DNA of 54,566 nucleotides, from contig JAKAMI010000003.1 of the NCBI GenBank assembly GCA_021812945.1, forward strand, positions 1 to 54,566, given 5' to 3'. Position numbers and translations under genes: made by a program. A model generated the notes under the pieces. The model saw only the letters and a list, made by a program, of their open reading frames with translations. It did not search any database and was not told where the DNA came from. The DNA is from a bacterium (GTDB lineage Bacteria; Patescibacteriota; UBA1384; XYA2-FULL-43-10; JAKAMI01). Positions 47,121-54,566 of the stretch are shown piece after piece (within the stretch, counting starts at the first letter, position 1; every line of letters begins with the position of its first letter).

Positions 47121-47196
47121 TGGAGCCGCCTCCGAGAGTCGGACTCGGGACCTTTGCTTTACGAAAGCACTGCTCTGCCAACTGAGCTAAGGCGGC
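47121..47196 (-). tRNA. tRNA-Thr(CGT)
   Basis: GCCGCCT/AGGCGGC acceptor; loop TTCGTAA; CCA. Confidence 0.9.
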
Positions 47197-47271
47197 TGGA
47201 GCGGGAGACGAGACTCGAACTCGCGATCTCTTCCTTGGGAAGGAAGCATTCTACCACTGAACTACTCCCGC
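47197..47271 (-). tRNA. tRNA-Gly(CCC)
   Basis: GCGGGAG/CTCCCGC acceptor; CTTCC-TTCCCAA-GGAAG; CCA abuts tRNA-Thr. Confidence 0.93.
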
Positions 47272-47378
47272 AAATTCAAAAGGTTTGGATTCGTACAATC
47301 TTAGATTATCAAAAAGATCCGACAACAGCAACCTAAACAGCCTTGTATTTGCTTCATAGATTAGATATATTATGGGCA

Positions 47379-48656
47379 ATGGATAAACTGACCAAAATTT
47401 GGAGCTATAAAGACCTCAGAAACAAGATCCTTTTGACTCTGGGTCTGCTGCTTATAACCAGAATATTCGCTCATATCCCGCTACCCGGTGTAAATTTGGA
47501 AGCCTTAAAATCATTTTTCGATAAAAACCAAATCTTCGGGCTTTTGAACATGTTCTCCGGAGGTTCGATGTCCAACTTCTCCATCATAATGATGGGAGTC
47601 GGCCCCTATATCACCTCTTCCATTATCTTTCAGCTCCTCGGTATGGTAATTCCGAAACTCGAAGAACTGCAAAAGGAAGGCGAATCAGGCCAACAAACCA
47701 TCACTCAATACACGCGGCTATTGACCGTGCCTCTGGCTTTCATGCAGGGTTATGCCATGCTGGTGCTCCTAAAAAACCAGAATATCATTCCCGCCTGGAA
47801 TGTCGGACAGTTGTTGGTGACTTTACTGGTGATAACCGCCGGTACGATCCTTTTGATGTGGATTGGCGAGATCATCACCGAAAAAGGCGTTGGCAACGGT
47901 TTGTCTCTGATTATTACCATCGGGATACTGGCAGGGTTGCCTACTCAGTTTAGAAATACCTTGTCCCTGCTCAATACCGGAAGCACGACTCAAATCATCG
48001 CGCTTTTGGGTTTTGCCGCTCTGGCTTTGGCGGTGATTGTGGCAATCATATATATAAATGAAGGCCAGAGAAATCTACCGGTGACTTATGCTAGGAAGGC
48101 TCGAATGGGGGAGACTATGATGTCCGGCGTGGACACGGTTCTACCCATACGTGTCAATGCTGCCGGCGTCATCCCGATAATCTTTGGCATGAGCATTATG
48201 ATTTTTCCCGGGGTAATCGCCAAGTTTTTTCAAAGCGCCAAATCCGTCGTTATTGCCAATGCCGCAACCTCAGTCGAGCGGTTTTTTAACAATCAATTGT
48301 ATTACGGTATCATATACTTTATTCTCATCTTTGCTTTTACCTATTTCTATACTTCGGTAGTTTTCCACCCGGATCGAGTGGCCGAGAATCTTCAAAAACA
48401 GGGTGGATTCATACCTGGCCTAAGGCCCGGTAACGAGACGGCAAATTATCTGCAAAAGATTATTTCCAGACTGACATTTGTCGGCGGGCTGTTTCTAGCC
48501 GTCATAGCTATTTTGCCCTTCATCTTGCAGTCCTCGACCAAAGTCAAAACGATTTCCATCGGGGGAACCGGTATTCTGATCATCATATCGGTAATCTTGG
48601 AGACTTATCGTCAAATCAATTCTCAACTTTCGGTTCATACATACGATCATTATTAG
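47379..48656 (+). CDS. secY: Preprotein translocase SecY; probable start ATG 47379
   Basis: MGVGPYITSSII, GVGNGLSLII, GVIPIIF, GGFIPGLRPG, GGTGILI. Confidence 0.97.
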   Translation: MDKLTKIWSYKDLRNKILLTLGLLLITRIFAHIPLPGVNLEALKSFFDKNQIFGLLNMFSGGSMSNFSIIMMGVGPYITSSIIFQLLGMVIPKLEELQKEGESGQQTITQYTRLLTVPLAFMQGYAMLVLLKNQNIIPAWNVGQLLVTLLVITAGTILLMWIGEIITEKGVGNGLSLIITIGILAGLPTQFRNTLSLLNTGSTTQIIALLGFAALALAVIVAIIYINEGQRNLPVTYARKARMGETMMSGVDTVLPIRVNAAGVIPIIFGMSIMIFPGVIAKFFQSAKSVVIANAATSVERFFNNQLYYGIIYFILIFAFTYFYTSVVFHPDRVAENLQKQGGFIPGLRPGNETANYLQKIISRLTFVGGLFLAVIAILPFILQSSTKVKTISIGGTGILIIISVILETYRQINSQLSVHTYDHY

Positions 48657-48667
48657 CTTTTCTGAAA

Positions 48668-49609
48668 ATGAAGAAAAGAAAGACAAGATTGGGTGTGTGG
48701 TCATTGCTAATCATAGTGCTGACTTTTGCCGCGGTCTATTTTTATGTTACCAAAAGCAATAACGGGGATTCCGGAAGCAACGGCAACGGCAAAAAAGAAC
48801 CGGTTTTGATTTATCTAAAACAAAATTCAAGCCGACAGTCTCTTATCCGTTATTCGCTATCCACCCAATCCGAAAGTACGATTGTCGGCACGGACAAAGT
48901 CGGCGCGTTTGTCAATCTGGTCCCCAGCGGACAAGAGAATAAGTCCTTTTTCCTGCATACGATCAACAATAAAAGTTTAGTCGATCTTTTAGACGTTAAA
49001 ACGGGAGAAATCGATCCTCTTGGAGATGTTACCGAGTTTAAACCCGCAGCCCTGTATCCGCTCAAGAATGGAAATTTTGCCCTTTTCAGAGTCTCCGACA
49101 AACACATTATTGTGCTGGACGACCAGTTTAGGAAGTTGTCCGAGCATCCGGCCGAGGCCGATGTTACCTGCATCTGTTCGACCTCCGACGGGGCGCTAAA
49201 GTATTCGAGTTTTGACGGATCCGCCTCGACATTGGTTACGCTCAGTCCGAACAAACCGGCGGCAAACGGCAGTAAAATAGAGGGCAAGATTTACAGTTTT
49301 AGTTGCGAAGCCGATGATCAAAATGTCCTTTATGCCAAAAAGATTGTCTCAAAAGACCAAGTTCCCGACAGCACCAGTAGCAACACCTTTTGGAAGATTG
49401 CCATAATCGACTTGGCAACTGGAAAAGAGTCGATCCTTTCCGATGGAAATTTTGACCAAAATCCCATCGCAAACAATGACTACAGCTTGTTCGCCTATCA
49501 AAAAAAGTATGACACTGCGGATCAAGAAGACGGCAGAATCTTTATTTTAGACACCAAAAACAAAAAGGATCGCCTCGGGGCCGGAGTACCGCTGCAATTT
49601 ATTTATTAA
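48668..49609 (+). CDS. Membrane-anchored extracellular protein, possibly beta-propeller (TolB-like)
   Basis: N-terminal TM then beta-rich segments; sits between secY and adk. Confidence 0.6.
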   Translation: MKKRKTRLGVWSLLIIVLTFAAVYFYVTKSNNGDSGSNGNGKKEPVLIYLKQNSSRQSLIRYSLSTQSESTIVGTDKVGAFVNLVPSGQENKSFFLHTINNKSLVDLLDVKTGEIDPLGDVTEFKPAALYPLKNGNFALFRVSDKHIIVLDDQFRKLSEHPAEADVTCICSTSDGALKYSSFDGSASTLVTLSPNKPAANGSKIEGKIYSFSCEADDQNVLYAKKIVSKDQVPDSTSSNTFWKIAIIDLATGKESILSDGNFDQNPIANNDYSLFAYQKKYDTADQEDGRIFILDTKNKKDRLGAGVPLQFIY

Positions 49610-49619
49610 CTCTAGAAGA

Positions 49620-50264
49620 ATGATCAAGGTAATTATTATCAACGGGTTGCCCGGGTCGGGTAAGGGCACGCAGGCGTCCCTCTTGGCCAAGGAACTGGAC
49701 TACGCGCACGTTTCGAGCGGACAACTGATTCGTGAGGCCATCAGTTCCGGCAAAGAAGACAAGTTCACCGCAGGACTGGTTGAGCGGTATGAAAAGGGGA
49801 TTGTTCAGCCGGACGATGTGGCCAACCGGCTGGTCTTCGAGCGTTTGCTTGGGCTTAGGGACGCCAAGGGCATCATTTTCGATTCATTCCCGATATCTCT
49901 CGGACAAAGCAAATTTCTTGAGGAGAGGTCGAGAGAGCTTAACTTGGCCAAGCCGGTGTTTATACACCTCAAAGTCGATCCGGAATCCGTAGTGCAGAGA
50001 CTTAAAACCCGAAAAATATGCTCAAGCTGCGGCCAGCCGGTGATTGATAAAAATGATAGTTTGCAAATCTGCCAAAAATGCGGCGGGAAGCTGACCAGAA
50101 GAAGCGACGATGATCCCGCAACGGTCCGGACGCGAATAGACAACTACAGACCGTTACTTCTCCGACAGATCGAGTATTACCGGAACAAGGGCAAGATCGT
50201 CGAAATAAATGGTAATGGCAGTATCGAGGAAGTCTTCAGGAGAATTAAAAGAGGTCTTGCGTGA
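49620..50264 (+). CDS. adk: Adenylate kinase with Zn-type LID
   Basis: GLPGSGKGTQA; CSSC..CQKC LID; RRSDDD; conserved position before map. Confidence 0.88.
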   Translation: MIKVIIINGLPGSGKGTQASLLAKELDYAHVSSGQLIREAISSGKEDKFTAGLVERYEKGIVQPDDVANRLVFERLLGLRDAKGIIFDSFPISLGQSKFLEERSRELNLAKPVFIHLKVDPESVVQRLKTRKICSSCGQPVIDKNDSLQICQKCGGKLTRRSDDDPATVRTRIDNYRPLLLRQIEYYRNKGKIVEINGNGSIEEVFRRIKRGLA

Positions 50265-51025
50265 TCGAAATCCTAAACCAAGACCAAATACGGAATCTTC
50301 GAGCCGGCGGTAAAATACTAGCCGGAGTTTTGGATCTGGTGGTAAAAGCGGTCAAACCCGGAATGCCGACACTGGGCTTGGACCAGATTGCCGAGACCGA
50401 GCTGAGGCGTCTTGGCGCCACGCCTTCATTCAAAATGTATAGCGAGTCGGGCGAAAAACCTTTTCCGGCCACCCTTTGTGTTTCGATAAATAACGAGGTA
50501 GTTCACGGCTGCCCCACGGCGCAGAAGATTGTCAAAGCGGGCGATCTGGTCAGCCTCGATATCGGCTGCCTCTATAAAGGTCTCTATACCGACATGGCCG
50601 TAACGGTTCCGGTAGGTAAAGTTGAGCCTGCTGCCCGGAAACTTCTGGAGATTACCAAAAAATCCTTGTCGATAGGCATTGCTAAGGCTCGCAACAACAA
50701 TTTTATCGGTGATATCGGGGCCGCCATAGAAGCTTATGTGCTGCAGCACGGATTCAGCGTTGTCAAGGATCTGGTGGGGCATGGCATAGGCTCTAAGCTT
50801 CATCAGGATCCCGCAATACCGAATTTCGGCCGAGTCAAAACCGGAGAAAAGATTCAAACGGGTATGGCTTTGGCCATCGAACCGATGGTGAACTTGGGCG
50901 GCGAAGGAGTCACAACCTCGAAAGACGGTTGGACCATCAAAACTTCAGACAGCAATCTCTCAGCGCATTTTGAGCACACTATCGTAGTCACCGACTCTGC
51001 GCCGGTTATAGTCACGAAAATATAG
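50261..51025 (+). CDS. map: Methionine aminopeptidase type I
   Basis: VVHG, DIG, DMA, GHGIG, IEPM, AHFEHT. Confidence 0.96.
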   Translation: MIEILNQDQIRNLRAGGKILAGVLDLVVKAVKPGMPTLGLDQIAETELRRLGATPSFKMYSESGEKPFPATLCVSINNEVVHGCPTAQKIVKAGDLVSLDIGCLYKGLYTDMAVTVPVGKVEPAARKLLEITKKSLSIGIAKARNNNFIGDIGAAIEAYVLQHGFSVVKDLVGHGIGSKLHQDPAIPNFGRVKTGEKIQTGMALAIEPMVNLGGEGVTTSKDGWTIKTSDSNLSAHFEHTIVVTDSAPVIVTKI

Positions 51026-51067
51026 CGCTTAAAATATTTACCAGTTGTATCCACGGTCTAAAATCGT

Positions 51068-51096
51068 TTGACTTTTCCCGATTTGTCTGGTATCCT
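51068..51096 (+). promoter_or_regulatory. Sigma70 promoter for the infA/alpha operon
   Basis: TTGACT-17-TATCCT with TGn. Confidence 0.6.
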
Positions 51097-51106
51097 TAAG
51101 CCAAAT

Positions 51107-51325
51107 ATGGGAAAAGATGTTATCGAAACTGAAGCTGTGGTGGAGGAAGCATACCCCAATGCGAGTTTTAGTGTTCTTCTAAGCTCTGGACACAAGATTT
51201 TGGCGCATCTTTCCGGTAAAATGAGAAAAAATTTCATCAAGGTAATGCCGGGCGATAAAGTTATTGTCGAGGTAACTCCCTACGATTTGAGCAAGGGAAG
51301 AATTACCCGACGCCTGAAGGTGTAA
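51107..51325 (+). CDS. infA: Translation initiation factor IF-1; start ATG 51107
   Basis: [28 protein letters not shown]. Confidence 0.96.
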   Translation: MGKDVIETEAVVEEAYPNASFSVLLSSGHKILAHLSGKMRKNFIKVMPGDKVIVEVTPYDLSKGRITRRLKV

Positions 51326-51364
51326 GTAAACAATCAAGGGGCGGTTATTTTATTGGAATTATTT

Positions 51365-51511
51365 ATGAAAGTCAGAGCATCCGTAAAGCCAATGTGCAGT
51401 AAATGCACTGTTGTCAGACGAAGTAAAAAGGGCAAGGAAAAACGACTGTCGGCCAAGCCACGGCTTTTCATAATTTGCGAGAACGCAAAACATAATCAAC
51501 GTCAAGGATAA
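51365..51511 (+). CDS. rpmJ: 50S ribosomal protein L36 (48 aa, with loop insertion), absent from ORF track
   Basis: [27 protein letters not shown]; between infA and rpsM. Confidence 0.93.
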   Translation: MKVRASVKPMCSKCTVVRRSKKGKEKRLSAKPRLFIICENAKHNQRQG

Positions 51512-51513
51512 GA

Positions 51514-51900
51514 ATGGCAAGGATCGCCGGGGTTAATATTCCAACCGAGAAAAGAATCGAGATCGCCTTGACCTATATTTTCGGCATATCTCTGGCTACC
51601 AGCAGGAAGATACTGGCAGCCACTAAAATCGACGGAAATATTAGAGTAAAAAACCTGACCGAATCCCAGGTCGAAAGCATCCGCAGTTATTTGGATAAGA
51701 ATTTCAAGGTGGAAAACGACCTAAGGATTGAAGTTTCACAAAATATCAAACGCTTGAAAGAGATAAACTCCTACCGCGGTATAAGACATATTAAGAATCT
51801 CCCCGTCCGAGGGCAAAGAACAAAAACCAACGCCAGGACAAAACGCGGTAAGAAAGTAACGGTCGGAAGCGGTAGAAAATTAGCCGCCCAAAAAACTTAG
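51514..51900 (+). CDS. rpsM: 30S ribosomal protein S13
   Basis: [34 protein letters not shown]. Confidence 0.97.
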   Translation: MARIAGVNIPTEKRIEIALTYIFGISLATSRKILAATKIDGNIRVKNLTESQVESIRSYLDKNFKVENDLRIEVSQNIKRLKEINSYRGIRHIKNLPVRGQRTKTNARTKRGKKVTVGSGRKLAAQKT

Positions 51901-51911
51901 ATATGTAAGGT

Positions 51912-52003
51912 GACCGCCACAGATTAATTCCACAGATCGGGACAGGATCCCTGCCTGCCGGCAGGCAGGAGTGGATAATCAGTGGGATCAATCTGTGGAG
52001 GTC
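51912..52003. repeat. MITE-like element between rpsM and rpsK with central 20-nt palindrome
   Basis: TIR GACCGCCACAGATT / AATCTGTGGAGGTC (13/14); CCTGCCTGCCGGCAGGCAGG 51950-51969; related copy at 28622-28663. Confidence 0.75.
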
Positions 52004-52017
52004 CTCAACATTTTATT

Positions 52018-52410
52018 ATGCCTAAGCCAAACACAAAACCCAACAAAAAGAAGAACTTGACCCAAATCACCAAGGGTAATATTTTTGTGAAATCAACATT
52101 TAACAATACCCTAATCAGCGTGACCGATGAAAACGGGAACATTATCAACTGGGCCAGCTCTGGATCCAGCGGTTTTAAGGGTGCCAGAAAATCAACCCCG
52201 TATGCGGCTCAAACCGCGATGACTCAGCTGATGGAAAAGATTAAAAATAGGGGTTTGAGCCAAGTAAAAGTTTTCGTCTCCGGTGTCGGAAACGGCCGCG
52301 ACGCCGCCATTCGAGTTCTCTCAAATTATCATATTGACGTTTCGATGATCAAAGATATTACTCCGGTGCCTCACAACGGTTGCCGCCCTAAGAAAACGAG
52401 GAGAGTCTAA
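52018..52410 (+). CDS. rpsK: 30S ribosomal protein S11; start ATG 52018
   Basis: STFNNT, GFKGARKSTPYAA, DITPVPHNGCRP. Confidence 0.96.
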   Translation: MPKPNTKPNKKKNLTQITKGNIFVKSTFNNTLISVTDENGNIINWASSGSSGFKGARKSTPYAAQTAMTQLMEKIKNRGLSQVKVFVSGVGNGRDAAIRVLSNYHIDVSMIKDITPVPHNGCRPKKTRRV

Positions 52411-53004
52411 ATGCTGGTTACTGCTTGCAAACAATGCCGAAGAGAAGGAGAGAAGCTTTTTTTGAAGGGTGATCGATGCATCGGCCAGAAATGCGCCGTG
52501 ATCAGGAAACCTTATGTTCCGGGATTTTTAGGTGCCAAAGCCAACGCTCGTATCAGCGACTATGGCAAGCAATTAAGAGAGAAGCAAAAAGCTCGAAGAT
52601 ATTATCAGATCGCTGAAAAACAGTTTTCAAATTATTATAACGCCTCCTCAAAAAAAGAGGGAAATACTTCGGAAATTTTATGGCAAACACTTGAGCTGAG
52701 ACTGGATAACACTATCAGGAAACTGGTCGGTGGTATCTCGGTCCGTTCGGCCCGCCAGATCATCAGCCACGGTTGGACCAAAGTCAACGGTAAAAAAGTC
52801 AGTATTCCCTCGTACGTTTTGAAAACCGGCGACGAGATCACTATTTCTCAAAAAAATCTTAAAATGGCGGCGAAACAATCATTGCCGAAATGGTTGACCG
52901 CGGACGCCAAGATGGAAAAGATTAAAGTTACCGCTATCCCCGATATGAAAGATGTAGAAGTCCCGTTCAATATTAGCCTCGTGATTGAATATTATTCTAA
53001 ATAG
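52411..53004 (+). CDS. rpsD: 30S ribosomal protein S4
   Basis: CKQCRREG..C, YGKQLREKQK, LELRLDN, RSARQIISHG. Confidence 0.94.
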   Translation: MLVTACKQCRREGEKLFLKGDRCIGQKCAVIRKPYVPGFLGAKANARISDYGKQLREKQKARRYYQIAEKQFSNYYNASSKKEGNTSEILWQTLELRLDNTIRKLVGGISVRSARQIISHGWTKVNGKKVSIPSYVLKTGDEITISQKNLKMAAKQSLPKWLTADAKMEKIKVTAIPDMKDVEVPFNISLVIEYYSK

Positions 53005-53019
53005 CTTAAAGGAGTTTTT

Positions 53020-53955
53020 ATGGAAGCTGAGACTCTGCCAAAAATTATGGTAACAGATAAAGACCAAAATCAGGCTTTGATTGAGATAGAGCCTTTGGAA
53101 CCGGGTTTTGGATATACCATCGGAAACAGCTTGCGCCGCGTGATGCTTTCCTCGCTTCACGGTTCAGCTGTTACCGAAGTCAATATCGAGGGCGTAACTC
53201 ATGAATTCACTTCGATTCCGCACGTCAAGGAAGACGCTTTGGAGATAGTGCTAAATATCAAAGAACTGAAAATTAAAAATCTATCCAGCGAACCTCAGAA
53301 GATTGAACTGGATGTTAAAACCGCCGGAAAAGTCACCGCCAATGACATTAAAACCAATCCAAACGTCGAGGTTATCAACACGGACGCATACCTGGCCACT
53401 CTGGATAAGGGCGGGAAGCTGAAAATGGTAATGACAGTTGAAAACGGCCGAGGTTTTTTGCCGACTGAGAATCGCGAGAAAACTGAAAATTTCGGCGCTA
53501 TCGCCATAGATGCCGCTTTCACCCCGATCGAACTGGTCAACTATCGGGTTGAAAATACTCGTGTCGGGCAAATGACCGATTACGATAAGCTGATTCTGAA
53601 CGTTAAAACCAACGGTCTCAAGTCTCCCAAGGAGGCTATCGACGAGTCTATCAACATTTTAATAAACCAGTTCGAAATGCTCGCGGGCAAGAAAGTGGAA
53701 GCCAAAGAGGCGGAAACTGAAGAAGTCGGAGAAGAAATTGCCGAGGAACCAAAAAAGGCGATTGCCGGTTCCCCTGAGGTTAATTCAAAAACAAAAGTTA
53801 CCGAGCTGGATCTGACTTCACGGACAGTCAACGCCCTGCTCAATTCCGGGATTAAAACATTCGGGGGTCTTAGACGCCTAAGCGATCTTAAGCTGTCCGA
53901 AGTTAAAGGACTCGGCAGCAAGGGATTTGACGAGATTAAAGCTATTTTGAGCTAA
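53020..53955 (+). CDS. rpoA: RNA polymerase alpha subunit
   Basis: EPLEPGFGYTIGNSLRRVMLSS, GVTHEF, DAAFTP, alphaCTD. Confidence 0.96.
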   Translation: MEAETLPKIMVTDKDQNQALIEIEPLEPGFGYTIGNSLRRVMLSSLHGSAVTEVNIEGVTHEFTSIPHVKEDALEIVLNIKELKIKNLSSEPQKIELDVKTAGKVTANDIKTNPNVEVINTDAYLATLDKGGKLKMVMTVENGRGFLPTENREKTENFGAIAIDAAFTPIELVNYRVENTRVGQMTDYDKLILNVKTNGLKSPKEAIDESINILINQFEMLAGKKVEAKEAETEEVGEEIAEEPKKAIAGSPEVNSKTKVTELDLTSRTVNALLNSGIKTFGGLRRLSDLKLSEVKGLGSKGFDEIKAILS

Positions 53956-54485
53956 TGCTAAACCAAACCAAAAAATTTCATCGCAAGAAAAACCATCGCG
54001 AAATGCTGTTCCGCAATTTAGCGACGTCGCTTTTTTTGTATGAAAAAATCATCACCAACAAAACCAAAGCGCGCGCTTTGGTCTCGACAGCCGAGAAAGT
54101 TATCAACAAAGCTAAAAGCGATAGGCTTATTAATACGCGTTTTGTTTACGACTATCTTCTGGACAAAAACGCGGCAAAAAAGTTGTTTAGGGTTATTTTG
54201 CCCCGGCTTAAAGATAAAACCAGCGGATATTTCAACCGGTACGACGTCGGGACGTTTCTCGGTGACGGCTCGCCCAAAACAATCGTTCAGTTTTACGATT
54301 ATAAACCGGTAGAAAAACCCAAAGAGATTGCATCCGAGGAGGCTACTGAACCCCAAAAACCCGTGACCAAGAAAGATTTAAACCGTGCCAAAAAACTGGA
54401 GAAACTGACCAAAGACCAGACAAGAGGCGAAGTTAAAACCATTGTTAGGAAAAAGGGCGAGAGAAGGATTTCAAATGAAAAATAA
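53955..54485 (+). CDS. rplQ: 50S ribosomal protein L17 with charged C-terminal extension
   Basis: HREMLFRNLATSL..KIIT..KARAL; follows rpoA. Confidence 0.9.
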   Translation: MLNQTKKFHRKKNHREMLFRNLATSLFLYEKIITNKTKARALVSTAEKVINKAKSDRLINTRFVYDYLLDKNAAKKLFRVILPRLKDKTSGYFNRYDVGTFLGDGSPKTIVQFYDYKPVEKPKEIASEEATEPQKPVTKKDLNRAKKLEKLTKDQTRGEVKTIVRKKGERRISNEK

Positions 54486-54566
54486 AGAGCCCAAGTGGTT
54501 TATTTTTGATGCGGAGGATAAGGTTTTGGGACGTATCGCCACCGGTATCTCTGACGCGCTCAGAGG
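54475..54566 (+). CDS. rplM: 50S ribosomal protein L13, 5' part (runs off window)
   Basis: MKNKEPKWFIFDAEDKVLGRIATGISDALR. Confidence 0.85.
   Translation, partial: MKNKEPKWFIFDAEDKVLGRIATGISDALR

Overview
54.6 kb of a Patescibacteria/CPR-type chromosome (code 11, TGA used as stop; lineage inferred from gene content and SD-poor starts). In order: a CsoR-controlled copper cluster (csoR, HMA-TauE-cupredoxin, copZ, copA, DsbA, CPVC membrane protein); rsmH/smpB/AI-2E/2x DUF881; tRNA-Arg and tRNA-Pro; an AT-rich decayed defence-type island (frameshifted M23 remnant, DUF4238 + membrane protein, Fic, a 5-repeat type V-A CRISPR array fused directly to a cas12a truncated after 313 codons); a candidate 6S-like RNA; hup-ymdB-[four-helix-bundle]-rny; der, lepB, lgt-lspA, infC-rpmI-rplT, bactofilin, uvrA, AmmeMemoRadiSam A/S; a REP-flanked RAYT transposase; a cobalamin riboswitch driving two membrane-anchored proteins resembling the separated alpha and beta domains of transcobalamin; a 1787-aa DUF2341/LamG/FN3 surface protein; a GT2 + GtrA-GT-C glycosylation cluster; three more tRNAs; and secY-adk-map-infA-rpmJ-rpsM-rpsK-rpsD-rpoA-rplQ-rplM. 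Several families of short repeats (7-mer arrays, GTCAT..ATGAC palindromes, CACAGAT MITE-like units) are scattered throughout, some inside coding regions and one inside the riboswitch. Best candidates for undescribed biology: the riboswitch-controlled split-transcobalamin B12 capture module, the cas12a-fragment/array fusion, and the heptamer-array/four-helix-bundle element. All family assignments come from motif recognition by eye; no database searches were run.
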